From the NCBI GenBank assembly GCA_963718375.1, contig CAVQZD010000002.1:14000-77999 (forward strand): a stretch of DNA of 64,000 bases, read 5' to 3'. Source of the stretch: an uncultured Actinomycetes bacterium. GTDB lineage: Bacteria > Actinomycetota > Thermoleophilia > RBG-16-64-13. Numbering within the stretch: position 1 is the first letter of the stretch; every line of letters begins with the position of its first letter. Of this stretch, positions 1-9,321 are shown in pieces. The notes under the pieces were generated by a model that saw only the letters and a program-made list of their open reading frames with translations, was not told the DNA's origin and ran no database searches. The position numbers were made by a program, and so were the translations under genes.

Positions 1-946
1 TCGCTCCGCGGCCGCGGTTGCTCCAATCCAGGTCGGCCGGCAGCTCTTCCAGCGGCTCGGGGTAGAGGATGCGGTCCGGCTGTATGAGGCCCTGGCGGTG
101 TCCGTACTTCTCGGCGCGCAGGTTGATGCCGTCGGCGACCTCGCCGATGAGCTTGGTCATCTCGATGCCCTCTTCGAGGGTCGTAGCCAAGGGGTGGTTG
201 TACTCCACGGCGTTGATGAGGCAGTGCACGGCGAAGGTGGGTCCGCAGCGGCGCTTGGACTCGGTGATGATGTCGCGGATGAACCGCGTGCGGTTCTCGT
301 AGCTCTGAGCGCCGTACTCGTCCTCGCGGCGGTTCCACACGCGCGAGAGGAAGGTGTTGCCCTGGTGGCAGGTGCCGTGGTTGATCTCGCAGGCGTCGAA
401 CCCGGCCTTGAAGGCACGTTCGGCTGCCGAGGCCCAAAGGTCGATCTGGTCTTCGATCTCCTGCTTGGTCATCTCCCGGCAGGGTAGGAAGTCCGGACCA
501 GGCAGCTCCTCCTGTGTGAGGGCCGAGGGACACTTGATGTCGCGGATCTTGTGGTCCCGCGGCAGCAGGCCGGTGGGGTTCCAGGGGCCGGCGTGCTGGA
601 ACTGCAGCGACACCGGGCAGCCGTGCTTGTGCACGGCCTCAGCCAGTCGCGCGTAGCTGGGGATGAACTTGTCGTCGTCGAAGTGCAGCTGCACGCCCGA
701 GTAGCTGCCGTCGGCTGAGTAGTGCACGTGCTGGATGCCCAGCGGGTACTCCACACCGCACGACTCCACCACCAGGAAGCCCACGCCGCCTTTGGCCAGG
801 CGCTCATAGTAGGCGATCATGCGTGGGCCGACAGTCTGGTCCTCTTCCATGAAGGAGGTGCCGTTGGCGGTCTTGATGATGCGGTTGCGGGTCTTGACCG
901 GGCCGATCATGCCCGGCTCCAGAAGCTTCTCGAAGGTCTGGCTCAT
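1..946 (-). CDS. Old Yellow Enzyme-family NADH:flavin oxidoreductase (2-enoate / 2,4-dienoyl-CoA reductase-like). N-terminal ~315 codons only; the 3' end lies beyond the window edge.
   Basis: Absent from the ORF track because it runs off the window. My reverse-strand translation from ATG 946 gives MSQTFEKLLEPGMIGPVKTRNRIIKTANGTSF..GGVGFLVVES..SLQFQHAGPW..EINHGTCHQGNTFLSRVWNRREDEYG, typical of the OYE FMN TIM-barrel. The ATG overlaps the upstream gene's stop (ATGA). Confidence 0.8.
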   Translation of the reverse strand, partial: MSQTFEKLLEPGMIGPVKTRNRIIKTANGTSFMEEDQTVGPRMIAYYERLAKGGVGFLVVESCGVEYPLGIQHVHYSADGSYSGVQLHFDDDKFIPSYARLAEAVHKHGCPVSLQFQHAGPWNPTGLLPRDHKIRDIKCPSALTQEELPGPDFLPCREMTKQEIEDQIDLWASAAERAFKAGFDACEINHGTCHQGNTFLSRVWNRREDEYGAQSYENRTRFIRDIITESKRRCGPTFAVHCLINAVEYNHPLATTLEEGIEMTKLIGEVADGINLRAEKYGHRQGLIQPDRILYPEPLEELPADLDWSNRGRGA

Positions 947-1863
947 AGGTTCTCCTGCACAGTCTTGGCGGCCGCCGCGAGCGCGTCGGCGGATCGCTCG
1001 AGTGCCTGACGTTCTTCGGGCGTCGAGCTTCCCATTCCTGGATCTCGACGCACGCCCTGCCTGCCCAGCTTCACCGGCACCGACATGCTGAGGTCGCGGC
1101 GGCCGTACTCGCCGTCCAGCACCACCGAGCAGGGCAGCACTTCGCCGGTGTCCTGGGCAATCGCACGGATGATGGCGCAAGTCCCACGGCGCAGGACCAT
1201 CCGGCAGTCCGTCCAGCCTGCAGCTCTTCCAGGCGCTTGAGGATGCCTGGTATCTCGGCACGGATCTCGGCCTTCTCGTCTTCGGTGAAGGACACGGGCT
1301 CGCCGTCGATGCGCACCGAGCTGAACAGGTAGACCTGAGTGCTGCCATGCTCGCCCACCACCGTCGCCTGGACGCGGTTGACCTCGACCCCTTTCTTCTG
1401 GGCCACCATCTCGCGGAAGCGGGCGGAGTCGTTGAGCGAGTAGCCGAGCACCCTGCGCCGGTCGAAGCCGCCGGCCAGCCAGGTGGCGTAGTTGAGCGGG
1501 TCGACGGGATTGGTGGCGGTGATGACGACGGCGTCGGGGCAGTGCTCCTTGATCTGGAGCGCGATGTCTCTGACGATGGGGAGGTTCTTGCCGAGCAGCT
1601 CCATGCGGTCGGCGATGAGACCCTGCGGTGCGCCGGCGGCGTTGATGACGATGTCTGAGCCGGCCATGTCCTCGTAGCCGCCGGCCTTCGACCTTCACGC
1701 CCAGCGCCGAGACCGCAGTGCCCAGGTCGATGGCGTGCTGCTCGGCGACGTTCTGGCGCACGTCAAGCAGCACGATCTCGTCGGCCAGTCCCTGCGACCG
1801 CCTGCGTAGAACGCCGCGGGTCCACCCACCGAACCCGCCTGCTCCGATGACAGCTATCTTCAC
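943..1863 (-). pseudogene. L-lactate/malate dehydrogenase family gene with the frame broken at about 1686 and about 1185 (assembly indel or true pseudogene)
   Basis: The N-terminus VKIAVIGAGG..LADEIVLLDV..HAIDLG lies in the frame of ORF 943..2259. The middle, MAGSDIVINAAGAPQ..VITATNPVD..GEHGSTQV, lies in ORF 1071..1667. The C-terminus, IIRAIAQDTGEVLPCSVVLDGEYG..VPVKLGRQGV, is back in the first frame. The second break is at a GGG run. GAPQ(x5)R puts Gln at the LDH/MDH specificity position. Confidence 0.75.
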
Positions 1864-1929
1864 TCTGCGCACCCCTCTCGTGTCGTGGGCGTTCTTGCGG
1901 CTCGCTGGGTCGGCACTGCCGGACCGCGT

Positions 1930-2561
1930 AGGAACAAGAGCCAGCGCTTGCTTCAGATCGTCGAACAGCACCTCGTCGGTGACACCGAACTGGGCGTCGT
2001 CGGCGCAACGTAGTAGATCAGTCTGCCGCGCATGGTGCTGGAGTAGATGGCGTAGGCAGACTCGATGGCAAGGCTGAAGTCGGCGTGACCGATCTCGCCG
2101 CGATGAGGCGCTAGAAGTGTCGTCAGGGCGCGCTTGCGCTCCCGTGCGAACATGCTCGGCCCTCTGCCGCGTGACCGGCTCGAAGACCGACCACATCATG
2201 AAGGCTCTGAACACCGGCCGGTCGCTGAGCACGTGGTGGATGATGGTGCCGAAGCCCACATCGACGGCTTGTTCGAGCGACTCGGTGGTGCCGGTCGCGC
2301 GCAGCCAACTCAGCCAGGATGAGAGGCTCCACCCTGCCGTGCACCCTCTCCTGCAGCTCGCGCATTATCGCGGTCTTGTCCGGGAAGCGGGCATAGAAAG
2401 CTCCCACCGACAGGTCTGCCCGTTGGAGCACGCTCTGCACGGTGAACGATTCGAGACCCTGCTCGCGCAGTTGGTCTTCGGCCGCCAGCCAGGATCTTCT
2501 CCAGCGTCTCCTGGGCGGGCTTCCGCTGGACCGGCTTGTATGAAGCCTCGATGGTCTGCAT
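1930..2561 (-). pseudogene. TetR-family regulator, tandem paralog of the upstream copy, with about 4 frame breaks (about 2487, 2298, 2148, 2000)
   Basis: Pieces in three frames align colinearly with the intact TetR at 2618..3358: MQTIEASYKPVQRKPAQETLEKIL / [35 protein letters not shown] / ESLEQAVDVGFGTIIHHVL / ERKRALTTLLAPHRGEIGHADFSLAIESAYAIY / AQFGVTDEVLFDDL. Confidence 0.7.
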
Positions 2562-2617
2562 ATCGCTCTGGATTCTCCTTAACAGTTGCAAGAATCTTAG
2601 TTCTCGTAAGGACTGCA

Positions 2618-3358
2618 TTATGGCAGAATCCTCGCTGCGTGAAAAGGGGGGAGACAAGATCGGCGCGTCGATCGCCGGGGCGACGTAAGCGCTATCCGCT
2701 CTCCGGCGCGCCCGGGGAGTCCTTGAGAAACGAGACCAGGGACTTCCTGAGCAGAGCGGAAGACCTCTTCATCGCTCACTCCGAACTGCAGAACGCTGGT
2801 GGGGCTGAAGGGTATGAGCCTTCCGAGCTCGGTCGCGGTGTAGGTGGCGTAGGCCATCTCGATGGCCGCTTCTGGGTCGTCGTGTCCGATCTCGTCGCGG
2901 TGGGCCATCAGCGCCGCCACGATAGCGCTCTTGCGTTCCTGGTTGAGCTTCTCCCCTCTACGACGCATGACGGGATCGAAAGCGGCCATCAGAGTCATCG
3001 CCCTGATCAACTGTCGTTCCTTGAGAAGGCGATCGGTGAGGATCCCGAAGGTGTGGTCCACCGCTGCTTCCAGAGAGTCATCGACCGTGGCTTGGGCTTT
3101 CAAGGCCTCCAAGATCGGCCTGCCCAAGCTCTCGTCCAGCCGCTCTTGTATCGTGTGGATCAGCGCGTTCTTGGTGGGGAAGCGGGTGTAGAAGGAACCC
3201 ACTGAAAGGTCTGCTCGGCTGAGCACTCGCTCGATGGTGAACAAGTCGAGTTCTTCTTCACGCAGCTGGTCCTCGGCCGCGGCCAGCAGCTTCTCGAGAG
3301 AACGGCGTCCGGGCTTGCGCTGCGGCGGGTTGTAGCTGGTCTTTGCGGGTGCGTTCAT
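2618..3358 (-). CDS. TetR/AcrR-family transcriptional regulator
   Basis: ORF 2618..3376. It has the HTH region [31 protein letters not shown] 3358 is preferred over GTG 3376 because a TATAAT (minus strand, 3370..3365) sits 6 nt upstream of it, suggesting a possible leaderless transcript. The C-terminal ~40 aa look low-complexity, so the stop may be displaced. Confidence 0.8.
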   Translation of the reverse strand: MNAPAKTSYNPPQRKPGRRSLEKLLAAAEDQLREEELDLFTIERVLSRADLSVGSFYTRFPTKNALIHTIQERLDESLGRPILEALKAQATVDDSLEAAVDHTFGILTDRLLKERQLIRAMTLMAAFDPVMRRRGEKLNQERKSAIVAALMAHRDEIGHDDPEAAIEMAYATYTATELGRLIPFSPTSVLQFGVSDEEVFRSAQEVPGLVSQGLPGRAGERIALTSPRRSTRRSCLPPFHAARILP

Positions 3359-3421
3359 TGCCAGATTATAGACCACAGAATGCCCATAACAGAATACGTC
3401 TTCTAATATGCTTGCTTTTTG

Positions 3422-3445
3422 ATATCAGAATCCCTATTCTGATAT
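3422..3445. promoter_or_regulatory. Perfect 10-bp inverted repeat ATATCAGAAT-cccT-ATTCTGATAT; candidate TetR operator in the divergent TetR/ABC intergenic region
   Basis: Read directly from the sequence. It lies in an AT-rich island between the TetR gene (-) and the solute-binding gene (+). Extra ACAGAAT half-site-like copies occur at 3375-3381 and 3389-3395. Confidence 0.5.
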
Positions 3446-3530
3446 GGCCCCCGGCGGGCTGCGGGCGCTGGGAGCGCGACAGGGCAACGGAACGGCAGAG
3501 ACATGGGGCGGATACCAAAGGAGGACGCTG

Positions 3531-4769
3531 ATGAAGAGGGTGTTGATAGCGCTGATGATCCTTGCAGTCGTCTTGACCATCGCCATGGGGGCGTGTGCCG
3601 GGACAGAAGAAGAAACGACGACCGAACCCGAAGCTACCACTACCACTGAACCGCTGACCGGCCAGATCGAGCCCATCCCGAGCGGCACGATAGCGCTGTG
3701 TCTACCGGCTCTGGACAACCCATTGATGCTCGGGATGGAGCAGGCCTTCAAGGAGACCTTCGGCGCTACGTACGACGTGCAGGTCGCGAGCGCCGACGGC
3801 AATGCGAACACTCAGGCGCAGCAGGTGGAGAACTACACGGCCATGGGCGTGAAGTTCATGTGCGTCATGTCGGTCGAAGCCACGAGCCTTCTCCCCTATC
3901 TTGAAGCTGCTCGCGAGGCCGGAGTCTTCGTGATGGTCATCGGCGGGGAGCCAGGGGCGTCGGGACGTGATCTGGTCATGAAGATGGACCAGTTCCTGGC
4001 CGGCGAGTACTGCGCGATGATGTCCAAGAAATGGGTGGAAGAGACCTACCCGGATGCCGCTGAGGGCTCTATCGAGACCGCGGTGTTCACCTCGTCGCTT
4101 ACCACCGAGGCAGTGCAGCGCACCAACGGGCTCATGATGATAAGCGAGCCCTACCTGAAGGACTGGGAGGGCGCCTACATCGATGCCGAAGGCAACGCCA
4201 TCTCTGACAAGGACGGCAACTACCTGGACGGCAAGAGCGAAGATGACCGCGTCGACAATCCTGCGTACTGCGCGGCCGTGAAGATCGTGCAGACGCCGAC
4301 GGCCGAGATGTTCCAGGCCGGTCAGACGGCGATGCAGAACGTCCTTACCACGAACCCTGAGGTCAAGCTGGTCCTTGCCTACTCTTCCGATGGCGGCAGC
4401 GGCGCTTCACAGGCCATCCGCGACGAGGTAGCCAAGGGTGACGGCAGTGTCATCGAGGATCCCACCAAAGTGGCCGTCTTCGGCGTGGGTGTCATTGGTC
4501 CCGAGATGGACGCGATCAAGGCAGCCAGCACTGGTGACGGTTACCTGAGGGGTGCGGTCTCGTTCGGCGGCGCCGACCTTCCGGGCAAGACGGTGGGCAT
4601 AGTGCAGACGGTCTTGAACGGTGAGGAATTCACCAGGGTCGTCTGGGACGAACTGGCTCTTGTCAGCGCCATCAACGGTGAGATGCTGATAATCCCGATG
4701 CCGGCCAGCGGTGTTCTGAGTGCGACGCCCCTTCAGCCCGAAGGCACGACGACCAGCACTGAGGGCTAG
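3531..4769 (+). CDS. Sugar ABC transporter substrate-binding lipoprotein (periplasmic binding protein type 1, ribose/CUT2-like)
   Basis: ORF 3444..4769. ATG 3531 is preceded by AAGGAGG. It has a signal peptide plus a lipobox-like AMGAC, a Thr/Glu-rich linker, then a PBP fold (IALCLPALDNPLMLGMEQAF..). Confidence 0.8.
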   Translation: MKRVLIALMILAVVLTIAMGACAGTEEETTTEPEATTTTEPLTGQIEPIPSGTIALCLPALDNPLMLGMEQAFKETFGATYDVQVASADGNANTQAQQVENYTAMGVKFMCVMSVEATSLLPYLEAAREAGVFVMVIGGEPGASGRDLVMKMDQFLAGEYCAMMSKKWVEETYPDAAEGSIETAVFTSSLTTEAVQRTNGLMMISEPYLKDWEGAYIDAEGNAISDKDGNYLDGKSEDDRVDNPAYCAAVKIVQTPTAEMFQAGQTAMQNVLTTNPEVKLVLAYSSDGGSGASQAIRDEVAKGDGSVIEDPTKVAVFGVGVIGPEMDAIKAASTGDGYLRGAVSFGGADLPGKTVGIVQTVLNGEEFTRVVWDELALVSAINGEMLIIPMPASGVLSATPLQPEGTTTSTEG

Positions 4770-4859
4770 ACTGGTAGCACGCGAATGAAGCAGGTGGGCT
4801 GGAGTGACGGTTCGTTGAACCGGCCGTCCTCCAGCCCTCGGCATACCGCTTAGGGAAAG

Positions 4860-5675
4860 GTGCACGAGACCTTGGAGACAAACACCACCGACACCGACTA
4901 CGTCGTCCAACTGAAGGGCATCAGCAAGCGCTTCGGAGGGGTGGACGCTCTGACTGAAGTCGATCTGGAGCTCAGACGTGGCGAGATCATGGGGATAGTC
5001 GGGGACAACGGCGCCGGCAAGTCCACGCTGATGAAGGTCCTTTCGGGCGCGTACGTCGCCGATGAAGGGGAGATCTTCGTGGACGGGGCGAAGGCCCGCA
5101 TCAGGAACCCCATGGATGCAACCAACTTGGGCATATCCATGATCTACCAGGACCTCGCCCTCATCGACAACCTCGACGTGGTCAAGAACATCTTCGTCGG
5201 CAGAGAGCTCACCTTCGGGCCCTTTCATCTGCTCCTGGACAGGAAGAAGATGTACAGGCGCGCCGAAGAACTCATTCGGGAACTCCGCGTAGATATCAAG
5301 TCGCCGAAGCAGGCGGTCTTGACCATGTCCGGCGGGCAACGCCAGATGGTGGCGTGCGCTAGAGCGATCGCGTTCCAGTCGAAGATACTCATAATGGATG
5401 AGCCGACGGCCGCTCTCGGGGTGACGGAGGCCAATAAGCTGCTGGGGCTCATCAAGAACCTCGCCCACCAGGGTCTCTCAATACTGCTCATCACCCAACG
5501 CATACCGGATGTGCTGGCGATCGCGAACCGGGTGTTCGTGCTCAAAGGTGGCAAAAGGCAGGGTGTTCTTGACGTCAGCGCGGTCAGTCTTGACGACGTG
5601 GTGACACTCATAGTCAGGGGCAAGGGCTCTGCCGCGGAGGCTCCTGCAGACGTCGAATACAAGTCTTTTGGATAG
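4860..5675 (+). CDS. ABC transporter ATP-binding protein (single NBD, CUT2-like)
   Basis: Walker A GDNGAGKST, signature MSGGQRQ, Walker B ILIMDEPT. Confidence 0.9.
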   Translation: MHETLETNTTDTDYVVQLKGISKRFGGVDALTEVDLELRRGEIMGIVGDNGAGKSTLMKVLSGAYVADEGEIFVDGAKARIRNPMDATNLGISMIYQDLALIDNLDVVKNIFVGRELTFGPFHLLLDRKKMYRRAEELIRELRVDIKSPKQAVLTMSGGQRQMVACARAIAFQSKILIMDEPTAALGVTEANKLLGLIKNLAHQGLSILLITQRIPDVLAIANRVFVLKGGKRQGVLDVSAVSLDDVVTLIVRGKGSAAEAPADVEYKSFG

Positions 5676-5682
5676 GGATCAT

Positions 5683-6693
5683 ATGGACAACTCTGAGACT
5701 GAAGCCGCAGACAAACACGCACGTCTGAGGTTGATCGAGAGGGTGAGCCTCAACTTCCTCAGGAAGTACACGGTCTTCTTCGTTCTGCTGGGCCTGATAC
5801 TGCTCTTCTCCCTGGTGAACGACAGCTTCTTCACTGCGCGCAACCTGAGCAACATCATCAACCAGAACACCTACTTCGTGATCGTAGCCATCGGGTTGTC
5901 GTTCGTCCTCATCTCGGGAGGGATCGACCTGTCGGTGGGCTATCAGATGTCTCTGGTAGGCGTTGTGACGGCGATGATGATGGTCGAGTGGGGATTCCCC
6001 GTGTGGGCCGCTGTAATTTTGGGGCTTGTGCTTGGAACGGGGCTGGGGCTGTTCAATGGATTGATCGTAGTCCGAGTCAAGACCTTTCCCCTGATCGTGA
6101 CCCTGGCCACGGCCGTGATCTTTCAGGGCATCTCCTACATCGTCTCGCAAGCGCGGACCTACCGTGACTTTCCGCAGGCCTTTCAGAACATAACCAGGAC
6201 CGAGATAGCAGGTATCACGGTCGATCTCTGGCTGACCATCTTCATCGTGGTCGTAGCCGCCGTGGTCTACTACCGGACCAGGTGGGGGGTCAGAGTCATA
6301 AGCCTCGGCGGGAGCGAGGAAGGCCTCAGGCGGGCGGGTGTGAACACGAACCGCGTCAAGATATGGGTGTACACCATCTGCGGACTTCTGACCGCCGTTG
6401 CGACCATGGTCATGGTGTCCAAGGCGAATTCGGTACAGTCGTCTTTCGGCCCCGGGACAGAGTTCGTCGCGCTTACCGCCGCGATCGTGGGCGGTGTCAG
6501 TTTCATGGGGGGCGAAGGCAACGTCCCCGGTCTGGTCGCCGGCGTGCTCGTCCTAGCTGTGCTGGACAACGGCATGCAACTGGCGGGCTGGGGTCAGTAC
6601 GCCCAGTACATCGTCACAGGCGTCATTCTGTTGGCGGCGGTGGCGTTCGACGAGTACCAGAAGAGGATGAGGATGAAGGCCAGCCGGCACTAG
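5683..6693 (+). CDS. ABC transporter permease (ribose/xylose-type, CUT2)
   Basis: ORF 5668..6693 is multi-TM with GGIDLSVG and GGVSFMGGEG motifs typical of RbsC-like permeases. ATG 5683 is chosen just after the ATPase stop. Confidence 0.85.
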   Translation: MDNSETEAADKHARLRLIERVSLNFLRKYTVFFVLLGLILLFSLVNDSFFTARNLSNIINQNTYFVIVAIGLSFVLISGGIDLSVGYQMSLVGVVTAMMMVEWGFPVWAAVILGLVLGTGLGLFNGLIVVRVKTFPLIVTLATAVIFQGISYIVSQARTYRDFPQAFQNITRTEIAGITVDLWLTIFIVVVAAVVYYRTRWGVRVISLGGSEEGLRRAGVNTNRVKIWVYTICGLLTAVATMVMVSKANSVQSSFGPGTEFVALTAAIVGGVSFMGGEGNVPGLVAGVLVLAVLDNGMQLAGWGQYAQYIVTGVILLAAVAFDEYQKRMRMKASRH

Positions 6694-6744
6694 ACGGAAC
6701 ACCGGCCGCCTACTAGAAGAGACAAGGGCACGAGGAGAATTCTT

Positions 6745-7710
6745 GTGGAAACGATCGACGAGTCAAGGGACCAAGCCGAGACGCACATGCGGCCCAGCAT
6801 GCTCGACATGCGGGGCGGACCGGGCGGGCCCGGGTTCCTGGGCAGCCCGGAGGATTTCGTAGCGCCTCCGGTCGACAATTCGCACATACGACGCAAATGG
6901 CTTGACCTTGCCTACGCCGATATCTCCCCGGCCCAGAGACTCGACATCTATCTGCCCAACACCGGGGAGGGCCCCTTCCCGGTCTTCGTGTACGTCCACG
7001 GTGGAGCTTTCGCCATCGGTAACAAGGGCGACGACCAGACCGGCCCGTACTTCTTAGGGCTGGACTATGGGTACGCGGTCGTGGCCATGAACTACCGCCT
7101 CAGCGGCGAGGCCCTCTTCCCGGCAGCCGTCCAGGATGTCAAGGCCGCGGTCAGGTGGCTGCGCGCACATGGTGATGAATACGACCTGGACGTGGAGCGT
7201 CTCGCCTTAGGAGGGCAATCCGCTGGGGGCAACCTCTCTGCTGTGGCCGCGCTGAGCGTTGGCGCGTTCGAAGATCCGGCTTTGGGTAACGTTGGGCGAT
7301 CGAGCAAGGTGCAGGCCGTCATCGACCAGTTCGGGCCGACCGACTTTCTGAAGATGGACGAGCAACTAACGGCCAGTGGGCTCGGCCTTGCCAACCACGC
7401 CGAGGCGGAGTCACCTGAATCCAGATACCTCGGGGGCATTGTCACCGACATCCCCGATCGGGTCCGGCTGGCCGACCCCATGACCTACGTCCACAAAGGC
7501 ATGCCGCCCATCCTCATCCAGCACGGCACCGCCGACGACCAGGTGCCGGTGCAGCAGTCTCAGGAGTTCGCCAGAGCGATCGATGAACAAGTAGGCGGCG
7601 ACCGCTACGAGCTGCAGCTGCTCGAAGGTGAGGGGCATTCCACTCAGGGCTTCTGGACCCGCGAGAACATGGACCGGGTGTTCACGTTTCTTGACCGGTA
7701 TCTGAAGTAG
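6745..7710 (+). CDS. Alpha/beta hydrolase (carboxylesterase/lipase, HSL-like fold)
   Basis: HGGAF oxyanion motif, nucleophile elbow GGQSAGG, and C-terminal HGTADDQVP. Confidence 0.8.
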   Translation: METIDESRDQAETHMRPSMLDMRGGPGGPGFLGSPEDFVAPPVDNSHIRRKWLDLAYADISPAQRLDIYLPNTGEGPFPVFVYVHGGAFAIGNKGDDQTGPYFLGLDYGYAVVAMNYRLSGEALFPAAVQDVKAAVRWLRAHGDEYDLDVERLALGGQSAGGNLSAVAALSVGAFEDPALGNVGRSSKVQAVIDQFGPTDFLKMDEQLTASGLGLANHAEAESPESRYLGGIVTDIPDRVRLADPMTYVHKGMPPILIQHGTADDQVPVQQSQEFARAIDEQVGGDRYELQLLEGEGHSTQGFWTRENMDRVFTFLDRYLK

Positions 7711-7830
7711 GGCGGCCCCTGGGCTCACCCGCGTCCATCCAAAGTCTGAGGCCTGACGGCGTCGGGTGGGTGATGCTTTGTGGGCGCCAGGCCTCGACCT
7801 AGCGCGTGACAAGCAGTCCGGCATAGGTTA

Positions 7831-7845
7831 ATCTGATTATCAGAT
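7831..7845. promoter_or_regulatory. 15-bp palindrome ATCTGAT-T-ATCAGAT, candidate antitoxin (autoregulatory) operator
   Basis: Perfect 7+1+7 palindrome 21 nt upstream of the antitoxin start codon, within an AT-rich patch. Confidence 0.45.
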
Positions 7846-7865
7846 AATCGACCCGGGAGCTGACG

Positions 7866-8135
7866 ATGGCTGAGGTGACAGTGACTCAGGTAGCGCGCAA
7901 CTTCGCCGACTACATCAACCGCGTAGCCTACCGGCGGGAGTCATTCACCCTGGTCCGTGGGAAGAAGGCGCTTGCCGAGCTACGTCCGTTGCCTGCCGGC
8001 GCGCGTCTCTCAGAACTACCTGCGCTGCTCTCTTCACTGCCGCATCTGACGGAGTCCGAAGCTGCCGATCTTGCCGATGATCTGGAGGCCGCACGCTCAG
8101 CGCTCAGAGATGAGCGCGACGCATGGCAGTTCTGA
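7866..8135 (+). CDS. Type II antitoxin (Phd/YefM-like N-terminus), partner of the downstream PIN toxin
   Basis: 89 aa, MAEVTVTQVARNFADYINRVAYRRESFTLVRGKKALAELRPL. It overlaps the toxin gene by 13 nt. Confidence 0.75.
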   Translation: MAEVTVTQVARNFADYINRVAYRRESFTLVRGKKALAELRPLPAGARLSELPALLSSLPHLTESEAADLADDLEAARSALRDERDAWQF

Positions 8136-8530
8136 TCGACGCAAGCATACTCATCGAGGCGGAGCGCGGACGCCTTGACCTGGAGCCGCACGTCGTCCGC
8201 CATGGCGACGATGAGGCATTCCTGTCAGTGATCACCGCCAGCGAGTTACTGCATGGAGTACATCGAGCGACTCTGCCGGAGGTCCGTTCGAGGCGTTCGG
8301 CCTTCGTCGAGGCGCTCCTCGAGCGTTTCTCCCTGCTGTCAGTAGATCTTGCCTGCGCGAGGGCGCACGCAGCACTGTGGGCGGAGTTACGCCAGGCAGG
8401 GTCGTTGATCGGGCCACACGACCTGTGGTTGGCCGCAACGTGTGTTGCACACGGCTTGACCATGGTGACGGGAAACGCGCGCGAGTTCGCCCGGGTGCCC
8501 GGCCTCCGGCTTGAGGTGTGGGCGGACTGA
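8123..8530 (+). CDS. vapC: PIN-domain ribonuclease toxin, VapC family
   Basis: 135 aa. It begins MAVLIDASILIEAERG (first acidic PIN residue), with ITASELLHG and a C-terminal TGNAREF typical of VapC. Confidence 0.85.
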   Translation: MAVLIDASILIEAERGRLDLEPHVVRHGDDEAFLSVITASELLHGVHRATLPEVRSRRSAFVEALLERFSLLSVDLACARAHAALWAELRQAGSLIGPHDLWLAATCVAHGLTMVTGNAREFARVPGLRLEVWAD

Positions 8531-8649
8531 AATCCGGTGGGGGCGTCTGCCCTGCCCTGGCCCCTTCGCACTACTGAACCGCCACGGGGTCTGGGCGAGG
8601 CAAACCGCTCAGGCCGCGAGACCTGCTCTGCCTGTGCTAGAGTCGGACG

Positions 8650-8980
8650 ATGGAGATCGTCGATAGCCCCATCTCGCTGAAGAGGCTTGCCGAGCTGGCT
8701 GAGACGAGGTTCGGGGAGCTCGTCAAGGCGGTGGTCGATGTGGAGCGTCGAGTGATGGTCGTCGATGCCGAACTGCATTCTGACCAGGAGGCGCTACTGC
8801 TGGAGGACGGCTCGGTTCAGCGTGATCTATGGGGATCAACCTCTACCCAGGTCTCCCCGGGAAGACTTCATCGAGTTCGACGATGATCAACGTGCGGCCC
8901 TCCAGGGCAATCGGTCGCGAGGGGTGACGACCCTGAGATCCGGGCGATCGCGAGATCGTCGCGACCCTCGTGAGCGATGA
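8650..8980 (+). pseudogene. DUF5674-like protein, with at least 3 frame breaks between about 8833 and 8960
   Basis: MEIV..LKRLAELAETRFGELVKAVVDVERRVMVVDAELHSDQEALLLEDGSVQRDLWG is followed, in other frames, by INLYPGLPG / EDFIEFD / MINVRPS / QGNRSRGV / DPEIRAIAR. The breaks sit at G- and C-runs. The family assignment is from memory of the motif pattern. Confidence 0.4.
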
Positions 8981-9321
8981 GCGCACAGCACCAAGAGCTG
9001 GCCTCCGGCAGGTGGCAGACGTTCTCGCTGGTCGTGCAGCTGGCCAACGTTGGCAGCGAGGTGGAACGCGCCCTCGCTTGGCAGGCGAAGGGGAACGTCG
9101 AATACCGCGACAGGGCCCTGGAGCGTGGGCTGGAGCTGCTCGGCCTCACCATCGCCGACCCTCGTCATCGGCACCGCCTCAAAGAACTCACTCGCCTGCG
9201 TGAACTGCTGCTGGACTACTTCTGGGGCGAGAACGAGTACGGCTCAGACGAGCAGAGTTGGCGGCGGTACTTCGGGGCCTTCGGCATGGCCGCCGCGCTC
9301 GAAAGGGAACGGGTGGCGTGA
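8977..9321 (+). CDS. Conserved hypothetical all-helical protein (114 aa)
   Basis: ORF 8977..9321. Its ATG overlaps the preceding frame's stop (ATGA), and its own stop overlaps the tag GTG start (GTGA). I recognise no domain. Confidence 0.5.
   Translation: MSAQHQELASGRWQTFSLVVQLANVGSEVERALAWQAKGNVEYRDRALERGLELLGLTIADPRHRHRLKELTRLRELLLDYFWGENEYGSDEQSWRRYFGAFGMAAALERERVA

Noticed and set aside
943-2259. 438-aa minus-strand ORF spanning the TetR-paralog/LDH region
   Set aside because: It is a chimera. Its N-terminal third is one frame of the broken TetR paralog, and its middle and end are the first and last segments of the LDH-like gene. In between is Arg/His-rich out-of-frame junk, so it is not a real protein.
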